Shown here: in pieces, positions 12,001 through 21,875 of the stretch
Layout: the number at the start of each line of letters is the position of its first letter
Position numbering within the stretch: position 1 is the stretch's first letter
Origin: Chiloscyllium plagiosum
Taxonomy: Eukaryota
DNA length: 64,000 nucleotides
Direction of reading: 5' to 3'
NCBI RefSeq assembly: GCF_004010195.1
Contig: NC_057754.1
Coordinates: 5,100,220 to 5,164,219 of the forward strand
The notes under the pieces: model-generated
What the model was told of the DNA's origin: nothing
Database searches by the model: none
The model's input: the letters and a program-made list of their open reading frames with translations, nothing else
Position numbers and translations under genes: made by a program

Positions 12001-14913
12001 TAGCTGATCATAGTGACTGGAATGAACTTGTGAAGAGGACAGGTCAGCAACATGTTAAGTGAGTAGACAGAAAATCCACAGATGATGTATAATTCAAACT
12101 TGTACACGATCACAGGAATAGAAAAACAGCATATTATTTAAATAGAGAGATTGCAGAATGCTAAGGTACAAAGGGAACAGGATGATCTGTTACATGAATC
12201 ACAGTTAGGTGAGCAGGTAGGTGTAAATACTGATCAGGAAGGCAAATAGAACATAGATATTCCATTCTCCTTTCAAAAGATGAAAAGTTGGGGTGTTTCT
12301 TTACAGTTATATAGAACATCAGTGAGGCCACAACTGGAGTACTGTCCTAGTCTCCTTATTTAAGATTTTTTAAAATGTGTGGGTGTGGATTTCATTAACT
12401 AGGCCAGCCTTTATTGTCACTGACAGCACAGTAACTGGTCAGTCTGGGTTTGCACAACTTCTTGAGGACAGGCACACCTGGGCAATTTCCAAATTACTGA
12501 GGTGACACTAATGCTGTAGCTATGATGGAATGGGGAGGGAGGGAGGAAATGGTGGCTCAGTGGTTAGCACTGCTGTCTCAGTGCCAGGGACCCGGGTTCG
12601 ATACCAGCCTCAGGCGACTGTCTGTGTGGAGTTTGCACATTCTCCCAGTGTCTGCATGGGTTTGCTCCGGTTTCCCCCCACAGTCCAAAGATGTTCAGGT
12701 CAGGTAAATTGGCCATGCTAAATTGCCCATAGAATTAGGTGCATTAGTTAGGGGGAACGGGTCTGAGTTGGTTATTCTTCGGATGATTGGTGTAGACTTG
12801 TTGGGCCGAAGGGCCTGTTTCCACACTGTCGGGAATGAAATTAAATCTAGCTTGGCTAAAGGCATGGGCGAAAGTGAGTACTGCAGATGCTGGAGATTAG
12901 AGTCAAGATTGCAGTGCTACAAAAGCACAGCAGATCAGGCAGCATCCGAGGAGCAGGTAAATCGACGTTTCAGGCAAAAGCTAGTTCTAGAGCACAGGTC
13001 TTTAGTACTATTGCCAAAATCCTTTCACTGCCACTTATTCACAATATTTCAGGTGCGATCAAACTAGAGCCTTTGATGCTAAAAGTATACAAAAGCACCA
13101 GGTAGACCATTGCTCAAAGACTTGGAACAATTTTGGTCCCTTTCTCCAAGGAAAGACATCCTGTTATTAGAGGTCTGAGTCCAGAGACGTTTCACTAGGT
13201 TGATCCCGGATATGTAGGGATTTTAGAGGTTGAATAGGTTGGGCTTGTACTCACTGGAGTTTAGAAGAATGAGAGGCCACCTCATTGAAACATACAAGAT
13301 TCTTAAGGGTCTGGAGAGGATAGATGCAGAGAAATTTTTCTCCATGTTGATAAGTCTAAAGATTAGACAGACATAATCTCAGAATAAGTAGTTGCCTAGT
13401 TAAGACATGGATGAGGAACAAAATTCTTCTCTCAGGGTAGTGTATGTGGAACTCTTTACCACACAGGGTTATTAAACATAATCAATGCTGAGATTGTATT
13501 TTTAATCAGCAAGAGAATCAAGGGTAATTGGGAAAGGCAGGAAAATTGAGTTCAAAGTAAAAACACGACAATCAATTTTACAATGAGGTAAAGACCAAAT
13601 AATGTTTTCTACTTCCTAACTGAGGGATAGACATTGTTCGGATCACTATGGAATAACTCCCCCAATCACCCTTGAAATAGTGGTCATGTACTGAGAATAC
13701 GGCACAGTGCTGAGCACGACTGCCTCACACAATGCTTGGGACCCAGGTTCGATTCCAGCCTCGGAAAACTTTGCACATTCTTCCCATTTTTGCGTGGGTT
13801 TCCGCTCACAATCGAAAGATGTGCAGGTGAGGTTGATAGGCTATGTTAATTTGTCCATAGTGTGCAGGCTAGGTGAATTAGCCATGGGAAATGCAGGGTT
13901 ACAGAGTCTGAGGGTGGAGGGGGTGAAGAGGAGGATACAATTCAGAGAGTCAGTATGGACTCAATGGACCGAATGTAGGGATTCTATGATTGTATGAACA
14001 CAAGCGAGATCCTGGTCTACCCTCTGAAAGATTGGTACAGCATGACCTTTAGTATTGGTGCTGGAGAACCAGTCTAGATTCTTTTGCTCAAGTCTCAAAG
14101 ATAGGTTCTCCACCCTGGAGGCTCCCTGCCTCTATTCCTGATGAAGAGCTTTTGCCCGAAATGTCGATTTTCCTGCTCCTCGGATGCTGCCTGACCTACT
14201 GTGCTTTTCCAGCACCACTCTAATCTAAACTCTGACAGCAAGCAACCTAGCCCAAATGTGAAATGAATTGCATTCTTTGGCGCATAAGTAGTAACAGACT
14301 TTACATCACTGGTCACAGAATTAGAGTCAGTGAGGTGTACAGCAAGGAAACAGACCCTTCGGTCCACGCCGAACAGATATCCTAAATCTAGTCCCATTTG
14401 CCGGTTCTTTCATCCAATTTTCTCCTGGGCTGTGTTGGAGGCAGATTGGGAGAAAATGACCACTGGTACTTATAATATTGGTGAACAAACCCTCCCCCAC
14501 CCACAAAGAATGGGAACCCAATGGTCCTCTCTCACTCTCCAATCAAAAAGCTTCCCCACACTGGCGCAGGTGACCCATAGGGTTGACTCAAGGACCATGG
14601 ACACCCATCCAGCGTGGGACTGGACGAAGGAGTTCAGTGTAGCACCATTTCCACTACACTAGTCCATCACCTCATATCTTCCCCGCACTAGACATGGGAA
14701 AATTAAAAGAAAATGCGTTTTCGTTGATATTTTAAAAAGTGAGACGCCGACTTCAACCAGATTTTTTTTTTAAAAATCGTTTAATTTATCCGATTAATTC
14801 CCCCTCACCTTGATGATGTCGCATTCTGTCAGTTTACCGTACTTCTCGAATAACTCCTTAATTTCTTCTTTCGTTGCTATGCGCGGCAGATTCCCGATAA
14901 ATATTTTTACCAT
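5457..14913 (-). CDS. RBM4: RNA-binding protein 4 (lark/RBM4 family), spliced CDS join(14809..14913, 9688..9994, 5457..6031), 328 aa
   Basis: Translation [10 protein letters not shown]...ECDIIK/NYGFVHM (RRM1), KLHVSNI...DYAFVHM (RRM2), [14 protein letters not shown] zinc knuckle, RDRSPLRR and C-terminal [12 protein letters not shown] junctions in phases 0 and 1; 987 nt in total. The exact RBM4 paralogue cannot be resolved. Confidence 0.95.
9688..9994 (-). CDS. RBM4: RBM4 coding exon 2 (rest of RRM1 plus RRM2)
   Basis: Acceptor ttttgcttgatag|AAT TAT GGC; donor AAA G|GTGAAA; overlaps ORF 9578..9982. Confidence 0.95.
10935..11145. mobile_element. head-to-head pair of Penelope-like element termini (family B)
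   Basis: gttaaaaaatcacacaacac...ctagctttctgagcgttgctccttcatcagg followed by its reverse complement. Confidence 0.7.
11620..11900 (+). mobile_element. HE1-type V-SINE
   Basis: tRNA-like head ggtggc..gtggttagc.ctgctgcctcacagc; V-domain gggtttcctc.gg.tgctccgg.ttcctcccacagtccaaa; CR1-like tail. Confidence 0.85.
12548..12835 (+). mobile_element. HE1-type V-SINE
   Basis: Same consensus, with A/B boxes ggtggctcagtggttagc and gggttcgatacc. Confidence 0.85.
13100..13550 (+). mobile_element. CR1 LINE 3' fragment
   Basis: ggagtttagaagaatgagagg..ctcattgaaacatacaag, the RMRGDLIETYK-type C-terminal motif. Confidence 0.7.
13700..13990 (+). mobile_element. HE1-type V-SINE, inserted in a Deu-domain SINE remnant
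   Basis: Consensus match with internal deletions. Confidence 0.75.
14809..14913 (-). CDS. RBM4: RBM4 coding exon 1 (35 aa, [35 protein letters not shown])
   Basis: ATG at 14913 in context aaaATGG; donor AAG|GTGAGG; contains the RNP2 motif IFIGNL. Too short for the ORF track. Confidence 0.93.
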
Positions 14914-15009
14914 TTTTAAAATTCCCCTCAGTCGTGGGGGCGGGAAATAACTCTAATGAATGCTGAAAAAGTTTTTAAATTGAAATTAAAGCCCCCCTCC
15001 CAAACGGGT

Positions 15010-15190
15010 CCTCACAAGATGGCGGCTCCGTCGCACTTCGAATAATGCATGTGTCCCGCCCACCGGCGCACCCTGATTGGCCACATCCTCGGGTTATTCC
15101 AGCTCCGACAGGTCCATCAGCCTGTCGCTCATCCGCCATCCCCAGCCTGATTGGACCATCTTGGCCTAGTGACCATCCCGATTGGTTGTC
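15010..15190 (-). promoter_or_regulatory. RBM4 promoter: three CCAAT boxes, GC box, YY1 motif
   Basis: ATTGG at 15076, 15150 and 15181; CCCGCCC near 15055; CAAGATGGCGGC at 15015..15026; CpG-enriched, about 100-270 nt upstream of the ATG. Confidence 0.75.
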
Positions 15191-16311
15191 CATTCATGGA
15201 TGAAGAGCCTTTTAGATTTTGCAATTTACATTGAGTTAGCACCTTGCCCAATTTAGCACCAACCCCCACCGAAACACTTAAGCACCATTGATAAGGCTTT
15301 TTTTAAAAAAATACAAATCTAGTTACTATTGTGAAATACTGGATCCAATTTGCACCCATTCGGTCCCCTTAAACAGCAACACCTTGCTCATAGAGTCATA
15401 AAGCACAGAAACAGGGTTTCGGCCTGAAACATTGATTTTCCTGCTCCTCAGATATTGTCTGGCCTACAGTGCTCTTCCACCCTCACAACTATTGACTGTG
15501 GCTTCCACCATCAGCAGTCCTTACTGTCTCTTAGTCACAGAAACAGAGCCTTCGGTCCAACCAATCCATGCTGAACCTAAACCCAAACTAAGCTTGTTCC
15601 ACCTGCCTGCCTTGGGCCCATCAACTTTTCCTATTCATGTACTTAACCAAATGTCTTTTAAACGCTGTAACTGTACCCGCATCCAGTACTTCCTGAGGAA
15701 GTTCAATCCACATGTGAACCCGTTTGCTTTGGTGTTGGCCTCGGGGTAAAACATTGGCACCAAAGTACCACTGGCGATCTCTTGAAAACATCTGCCAAAG
15801 AGGTAGGAGATGTAGCTCCAGGCTCATCGGCCATTCAAGGAACAATAGAACTCAAAGATAAACAAATTGCTCCTGAAAATCATCACATCACCCTGGAGCA
15901 TTCAGTCATGGAGGCAAGCAATCAGGGAATAGTCGCTCCTGTGTTTGCAGAGAGAGAAGCAGTCATGAAAAAAAATTTTTTTAAAGTAAAAAAAACAACT
16001 TGCTGGAAAAATCTCAGCAGGTCTGGCAGCATCTAGTGGGCAGAAAGCAGAGTTAATATTTTGGGTCTATATGACCCTTCTTCAGAACAGTTCAGCAATT
16101 TCTGTTTGTTTCTGAATTGCACCATCTGCAGTTCTTTGAGTTCTGTGGAAAACAACAAAACCATGCAGTGACACTGAATTTCCTAGATGGATGGACATAG
16201 TCATCAGCGAATGATTACCAATGATAACTGACTCCAGGCGGCTAGCGAGAACTCCACTTCTCACCATGGTTGTTCAAAATATTGGCATTGTCTAAAAGAT
16301 GGAACCTCTTG

Positions 16312-17810
16312 ACTGAAATAGTTCCACAGAGGCTGGTATCCTATTGCCAAATCACCCTTTATTTACACACGGGAGAGTCCTTGACACTGATCCAGCTCGC
16401 AGAGTGAACAGGATGTCGGACACCCCTGTCCGTCTCTGTTAGCTATGCCTCCCTGATTGGACCAGATCAATAGCCCCAATCACAGAAATCCTATTCTATA
16501 AAAAAAGGTCCTACTGGCTGACATTGTTACAATTGCTCCATCCATCTTTCTCGGAGTCCTGGTTCATTTCTTTTTGTATTTCCTCCTGGGGCACTTTAGC
16601 ACTGGGTTAGGTGCGTCCAACTTTGACTCTGATATAGGCATGTGTAATGCACAATAGCTCAGCTCTTGGACCTGGAGCGCCTTGGAAGAAATTCATTCCC
16701 TTCTTCAGGTGGCAAAGGCGTCAAGACAGCGACAGCTGCCGTGCTCATCTCAGATTCCTAAACATCTTCAACAGTTGGTCCATTTGCTTATTCAGGACTG
16801 TCGCACCTATCTGAACTTTAAGTAACTGGACGGGATCTCACATCGACCAAGCCTCTTTTTCATGCAGGAACATTCCCGTGGTTCCTAAACCAAACGTCAT
16901 CTCCTGAAGTAAACCATCTCTCTCACTTAGTGGAGTTTGGCACATTAGCATTGCTGAAGCCGTTTCTCCCTCCCTCTCCCCTGTCAGGGAAGATTAGATT
17001 TAGGATCAGTGGTGCTGGAAGAGCACAGCAGTTCAGGCAGCATCCGAGGACAGGCAAAAAATCGACGTTTCGGACAAAAGCCCTTCATCAGGAATAAAAA
17101 GCAAGCTGGTGCAGTCTTCTCCCCTTCAGCAATTTTGCTGGAGCTATCCTTGTATCTGCATGAGGGGTGTTTCTATAATCAAACAGGAACCTGGGCAGTC
17201 TGGTACCAAGTAAAGCTGCAGGCTATTTATTTAAGCCTGCCTTCAAAGTCTGGACTGCTCTTTCTACCAAACCATTGGATGATGGATGGTATGGAGTTGT
17301 CCTTATGTATCAAATACATTCGTCTTTAGGAAATATTTGAATGCCCTGCTGGCATATGATGGCCCGTGTATTCTAAAAGATGTGCACAATTTTTCTATTG
17401 TTGTCCCCGTGTTTGACAAATGAACTCTTGCATGTCCAGCCACTTTGAGTAGGCATCCAAAATGACTTAAAACAGTCAGCCCATGAAAGGGTCTGCATAG
17501 TTGACATGTATCCAAGTTCAGGGTTGGAGTGGCTGTTTCCATGAATGTGGGCAACCTGTTGGTGGGAATATATGTCCTCGTTGGCACTCTGGACACTACC
17601 TCACCAACGCAGCTATGTCCATATGCAATGCTGGCCACAAGATATATTTTACATTTTGTATCTAGTGTGATCTTTGCTCAGGACAATCACTCTTGCTCCC
17701 ATAATAATATGCCATCCTCTACTGTGATAGCATCAAGAACGTCAATGCCAGACACAAGACTCCTCTGAGCGAGAGGCAGACAGTTTAGTTCAAACTGTGG
17801 TGTCAAAACC
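16312..17810 (-). mobile_element. Ty3/Gypsy LTR retrotransposon 3' fragment (integrase remnant plus 3' LTR about 16312..16530)
   Basis: Degenerate integrase (LHVNYADPF-like, DNGP-like); purine tract followed by a TG...CA LTR containing AATAAA. Confidence 0.65.
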
Positions 17811-17824
17811 ACAGGAATGTCCCT

Positions 17825-18660
17825 GCATGCATAAAAAGGCATGGTCGACACGAGGTGTGGTTCTGCGACGCACGAAGTTCGAGTAGATGAGGTAGTCCTC
17901 AACAAACACATGGACCACAGGAAAGCTGCAACCCTGCAAATGGGGCAAGAGCAAAACATACTTGGCCCCTCAGAACATCCAGAGTTGTTCCTGAAGAAGG
18001 GCTTATGCCCGAAACGTCGATTCTCCTGCTCCTCGGATGTTGCCTGGCCTGTTGTGTTTTTCCAGCACCACACTTTTCAACTCTGGTCTCCAGCATCTGC
18101 AGTCCTCACTTTCTCCCTCAGAACATCCAGCAAGGCTGTCAGAACCCACGGGTTCTCTCCTTCCACTCAGTGTTGAAGCAATCTCGGAGGACGAGATGTA
18201 AAGGGCAGATATTGCAACCTCAATGCTGTTACCACCTGAAGATGAAATTCGTCCAAGAAGTTCCAGTCACAACAGGCAGACTATGGTCCAGTACTCACAG
18301 AGTTGCAGGAATTGGACCGGATGCAAAAATGCCCCAGGAGAAACTAAAGGAAAAAGGATGGGCCTATATCCTAGGATAAGAGGGGGAGGGCTGTAGTGAT
18401 TAGAATGACGTCAGCCAACAGAATATGAATTCCCTGATTGGACCAGATTAACAGCCCCAATCAGGGAAACCTGGCCGACAAATATAAAGGGAAGTGTCCG
18501 CAGTTATGCGGTAGTGTGGGGGTTAAAAAAGAAAAAGAAAACGGAAGTGTCAGGGTTCTGCTCACTCTCGAAGTCAGCTGGGTCAGTATCATGTACTTTG
18601 CACATGTCAATAAAGGGTCACTTGGTGACAGGATACCAGCCTTTGTAGAGTTATTTCAGT
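17825..18660 (+). mobile_element. Ty3/Gypsy 3' fragment with PPT (gagggggaggg) and 3' LTR about 18392..18658
   Basis: LTR is the reverse complement of 16312..16530; contains TATAAA and AATAAA; VLNKHMDH integrase C-terminal remnant. Confidence 0.65.
17988..18021 (+). ncRNA. minimal hammerhead ribozyme core
   Basis: ttc-CTGAAGA-A-GGGC-TTAT-GCCC-GAAA-CGTC-gat. Confidence 0.6.
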
Positions 18661-19939
18661 AATATTTTAAAATACCACAAAATAGAGTTAATTTGCAGAC
18701 AAAAGATCTTGCAATTTGAAACCATCAAAAAGGTTTGCTAACTCATCACATATTCTGCAGAAACAATGTCATCGCAAGAAAGGTCACTTTTCAAAGCATG
18801 AACCCTCTGTCACATTATCTAGTGTGGCTTTAATTCAGAAAAACATCATACACGTCATTTCATACTTTCCAATGTACCATTATGCGGTTTTATTTCTTTC
18901 AAAGGCATCAATCATTTTATTGTCCGATGAAAATACTCTTAGCAGCTAAAAGCAGTGTGAAAACCTCAAGGATTACAGTTTATATAGCTCATATTCAATC
19001 TCACATGGGGACACCTTTATGCTGTTTGAAGAACTGAGCAGCTGGACATGAGAAAGATTTCTACTCATAGATGATCAAACATGAATCTAAAGCAAATACA
19101 TTTTAAGAACTGCAACAAAAACCACAGCTGAGAGTCATCAAGATGATTGCCACTGTTTTAATTGACATTGGAGGCACTGAAGCTGGAATCAAATCCACTG
19201 GCAAGGTAAAACTGGAAAGATATGATGGGCAAACCTCTGTCCTAAAACTCTTCGTTTTCTCCAGAGACTACCATGGATTTCCAGAAATTTCTACAAGGCT
19301 ACCTTGGGTGAAAATCAGGGTGGTTTAACTGGCTGAGCTCAAGAGGCATATCGATATACTGATTCACGATGGCTCCTTTGCAGTCAACAGACCAGAGGGA
19401 GACTCCAACTACATACATTGGCTCGAACCCTCCACAAGGAGTAGTTTCAGTGCAGGGGCAAGTACAACAGAGCTTGAGGTTATCCAACTGCTCAACGGAT
19501 ATCTGCACTAAGAAGTAAAAGCTGACATTGCCAACATATCAGACACTCAGGGATACACAATCCCATCCGCAATGTTGAAATAAAATGGATGCTTTCATGC
19601 TAATCATCCCTTGATTAAGGCAGGGTGCCAGGGCAGTCACAAAGCATAATCACTGTCATAGACTTAGACTGTACTGGAAAAAGATGATAATGGTAGAAAG
19701 CTTGAATACCAGAAAAGAACCTAAAACATGTGGAATTTTCCATTTGAAACAACAACTCTTTGCCTCATAATGTTATGGAGAATGGAGAATAACCTAGTTC
19801 CTGTGCAGGTGAAGCTGTTTAGTCTAATTCAACTTGAATTTACCATACCAAGTTCCTGCTGACTAGTACTCATCCATCACTATGATGGAGATTTATCTCC
19901 AAAAACGTTTTAGTGTTTGAGGCATTTGTTTACAGTTTA

Positions 19940-21261
19940 TCCACCATCTTTCACTCAATTTATTCTCTGAGCTGTTGTAAATTCCTAACTATTGTTTGCT
20001 GGGGTTATGTAGGAATTGCAAGACAGCAAAACTGCTCAATATTTTACTGACTCATCTAGTCTGGATATGAAAACCTGTTACATCTCTGATAAACTAGCTG
20101 TAACAATAAGATCCAACTCAGCACTGTCTGCATGGAATCATAACATTGTCACATCTTTTGGTGGATACAAGGCAACAAATAAATTCTTATGAAAGTGTTG
20201 CTCATGTAAACAGGAACACAGACAGAAAGAAGAAACAAATTTAAAAAAAAAAATCAATATCTTCATCAGGAAGTATAAAGTGTAACATGATGTTTGCAAC
20301 CACAGTAATGAATGATTTGTTTGTGCACTTTACAACTGTAATACAAGATGTGCTTTCATGTTCTATACAAAACTGAAGTTTTGAAAATAACATCCTTTAG
20401 TGTATCGTCAGCATTGTGTAACAGAACCAAAATGGAAGCAATAATATATTACAGAAGAAAATAGCCTTAGAAGATAATACTTTCAACCATGTAAAGAATA
20501 GTCTGAAAATGACAACATTGAAATAGATATAGTCTTCATTAAAAATATGAATTAAAAAAAATTGTCCATCACATTCACCAAAATCCTGAATAAAATATGA
20601 ATAAATAAAACCATTCATTTGGATCCCTACACCAATTGCATAAACTAGGTACACAATGCAGAAAGTTGGGAAGCTTTTCTTCTTTCTGAAAACTTAATGT
20701 TCAATATTCATTTTTGTGGCTATTTCACACTGTAAAGATTAATCCTTATTGTGCGCAAGATCAAAAGGATGAATCTGTGATTTAAATGAACAGACAAGCA
20801 TTGTCATAAAAAGAGGATTTTTATCTCGTAATCAGAGACAGAATTGCAAGAACACCAAACCTTTACAGGAACAATAATTTCCACATCATGAGACAAAAAG
20901 GTGCAGTTTGGCTGGAAAGTGGGCATTAATTGGTGTAAGTGTTGCTATGGAGAGTGCTCCAAATATCCCCAAGCCTTTGTTTAAATTCAAACCAGGCAAG
21001 TCAATTGACATGTCAACCAATGAGCAACTTTCTCTCGTGTACCACAAATGATTGTTACCTTTGAAATCTGGTATGTACTCACATGATTCTTTTCTGAGGA
21101 GTGCAAGACAAAAGCTTCAACAGCATGTCTCTTTTTGCAGCAATGCTCAAGTTCTGTGTTACCAAGCGACACTTTGAACTGATGATAAATGCTAACATCA
21201 AACCTTTTCTCCTGTCACTGTCAGGTATTGCACTGTGCAGTGGACTAATCCCCCTTCTGAC
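19940..21261 (-). other. probable non-coding terminal exon / 3'UTR of the CENPF-like gene
   Basis: Acceptor gtgttccttacag|GTC at 21261; AT-rich sequence; AATAAA at 19964..19959, with another at 18921..18916. Confidence 0.5.
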
Positions 21262-21729
21262 CTGTAAGGAACACTGTATTCTTCAGGATGCTTCATACAA
21301 TACCCTGACAAGGACTTAGAGATAATCAATGATTTAGAGTGTGTTGCAAATGCAAAGGTGTGCATTAATGTACAAGTAACAAAAGGCCCAACACTTCAAT
21401 GAATTGTGCCACACCCACAAAACCTTCCTTTAAAAACAAAGGCTCAATAAATTAAATCAAGATCAAGTGAAGTAGCTTCAACATTAACAAACCCACCATT
21501 AACCCCAGCAGAGTCAAAAATTGTGCAACTTTAAATTCTGATCCAGTTCTCTCACAGGTAGACACACTGGACATCTGCATTCACCATTTAAAAATTCTAA
21601 ATATGTACATGTTTTTTTTTTTTAAAAACATTGATCAAGAACTATAAGTGGATTCCATTTTGTCTAGGAACATGAAGCATTCATCTGGAAACTTTCAACT
21701 GCTGCCAGTTAGGATTCATTGTTCTGTAC

Positions 21730-21875
21730 CTACTGCTCGTTGCTACCACCTAATGCCTTGAAGGCAGCAAGTACAGACTGCCCTTTTTTTTGTTGCTGGG
21801 GCCAAAGTGTAGTGTTTATAGTTGCTCGTCGCAAGACATGTGGGCAGGAAGGTCCAGAAGGGATATCTGCAAAAC
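21730..21875 (-). CDS. CENPF: CENPF-like coding exon 14 (GFADIPSGPSCPHVLRR...GGSNEQ*)
   Basis: tatttccag|GT TTT GCA GAT; ends CAG TAG|GTACAG. Confidence 0.88.

Larger units (their letters stand above)
10290..12360 (+). mobile_element. decayed CR1 LINE fragment, interrupted by a PLE-end palindrome and a SINE
   Basis: Recognisable CR1 ORF2 remnants (tagtcccagatgg-like, caactggagtactgt). Confidence 0.55.

Noticed and set aside
14964..15015. Short 5'UTR intron in RBM4 (GTGAGG...ttttcag)
   Set aside because: About 52 nt is below normal vertebrate intron length.
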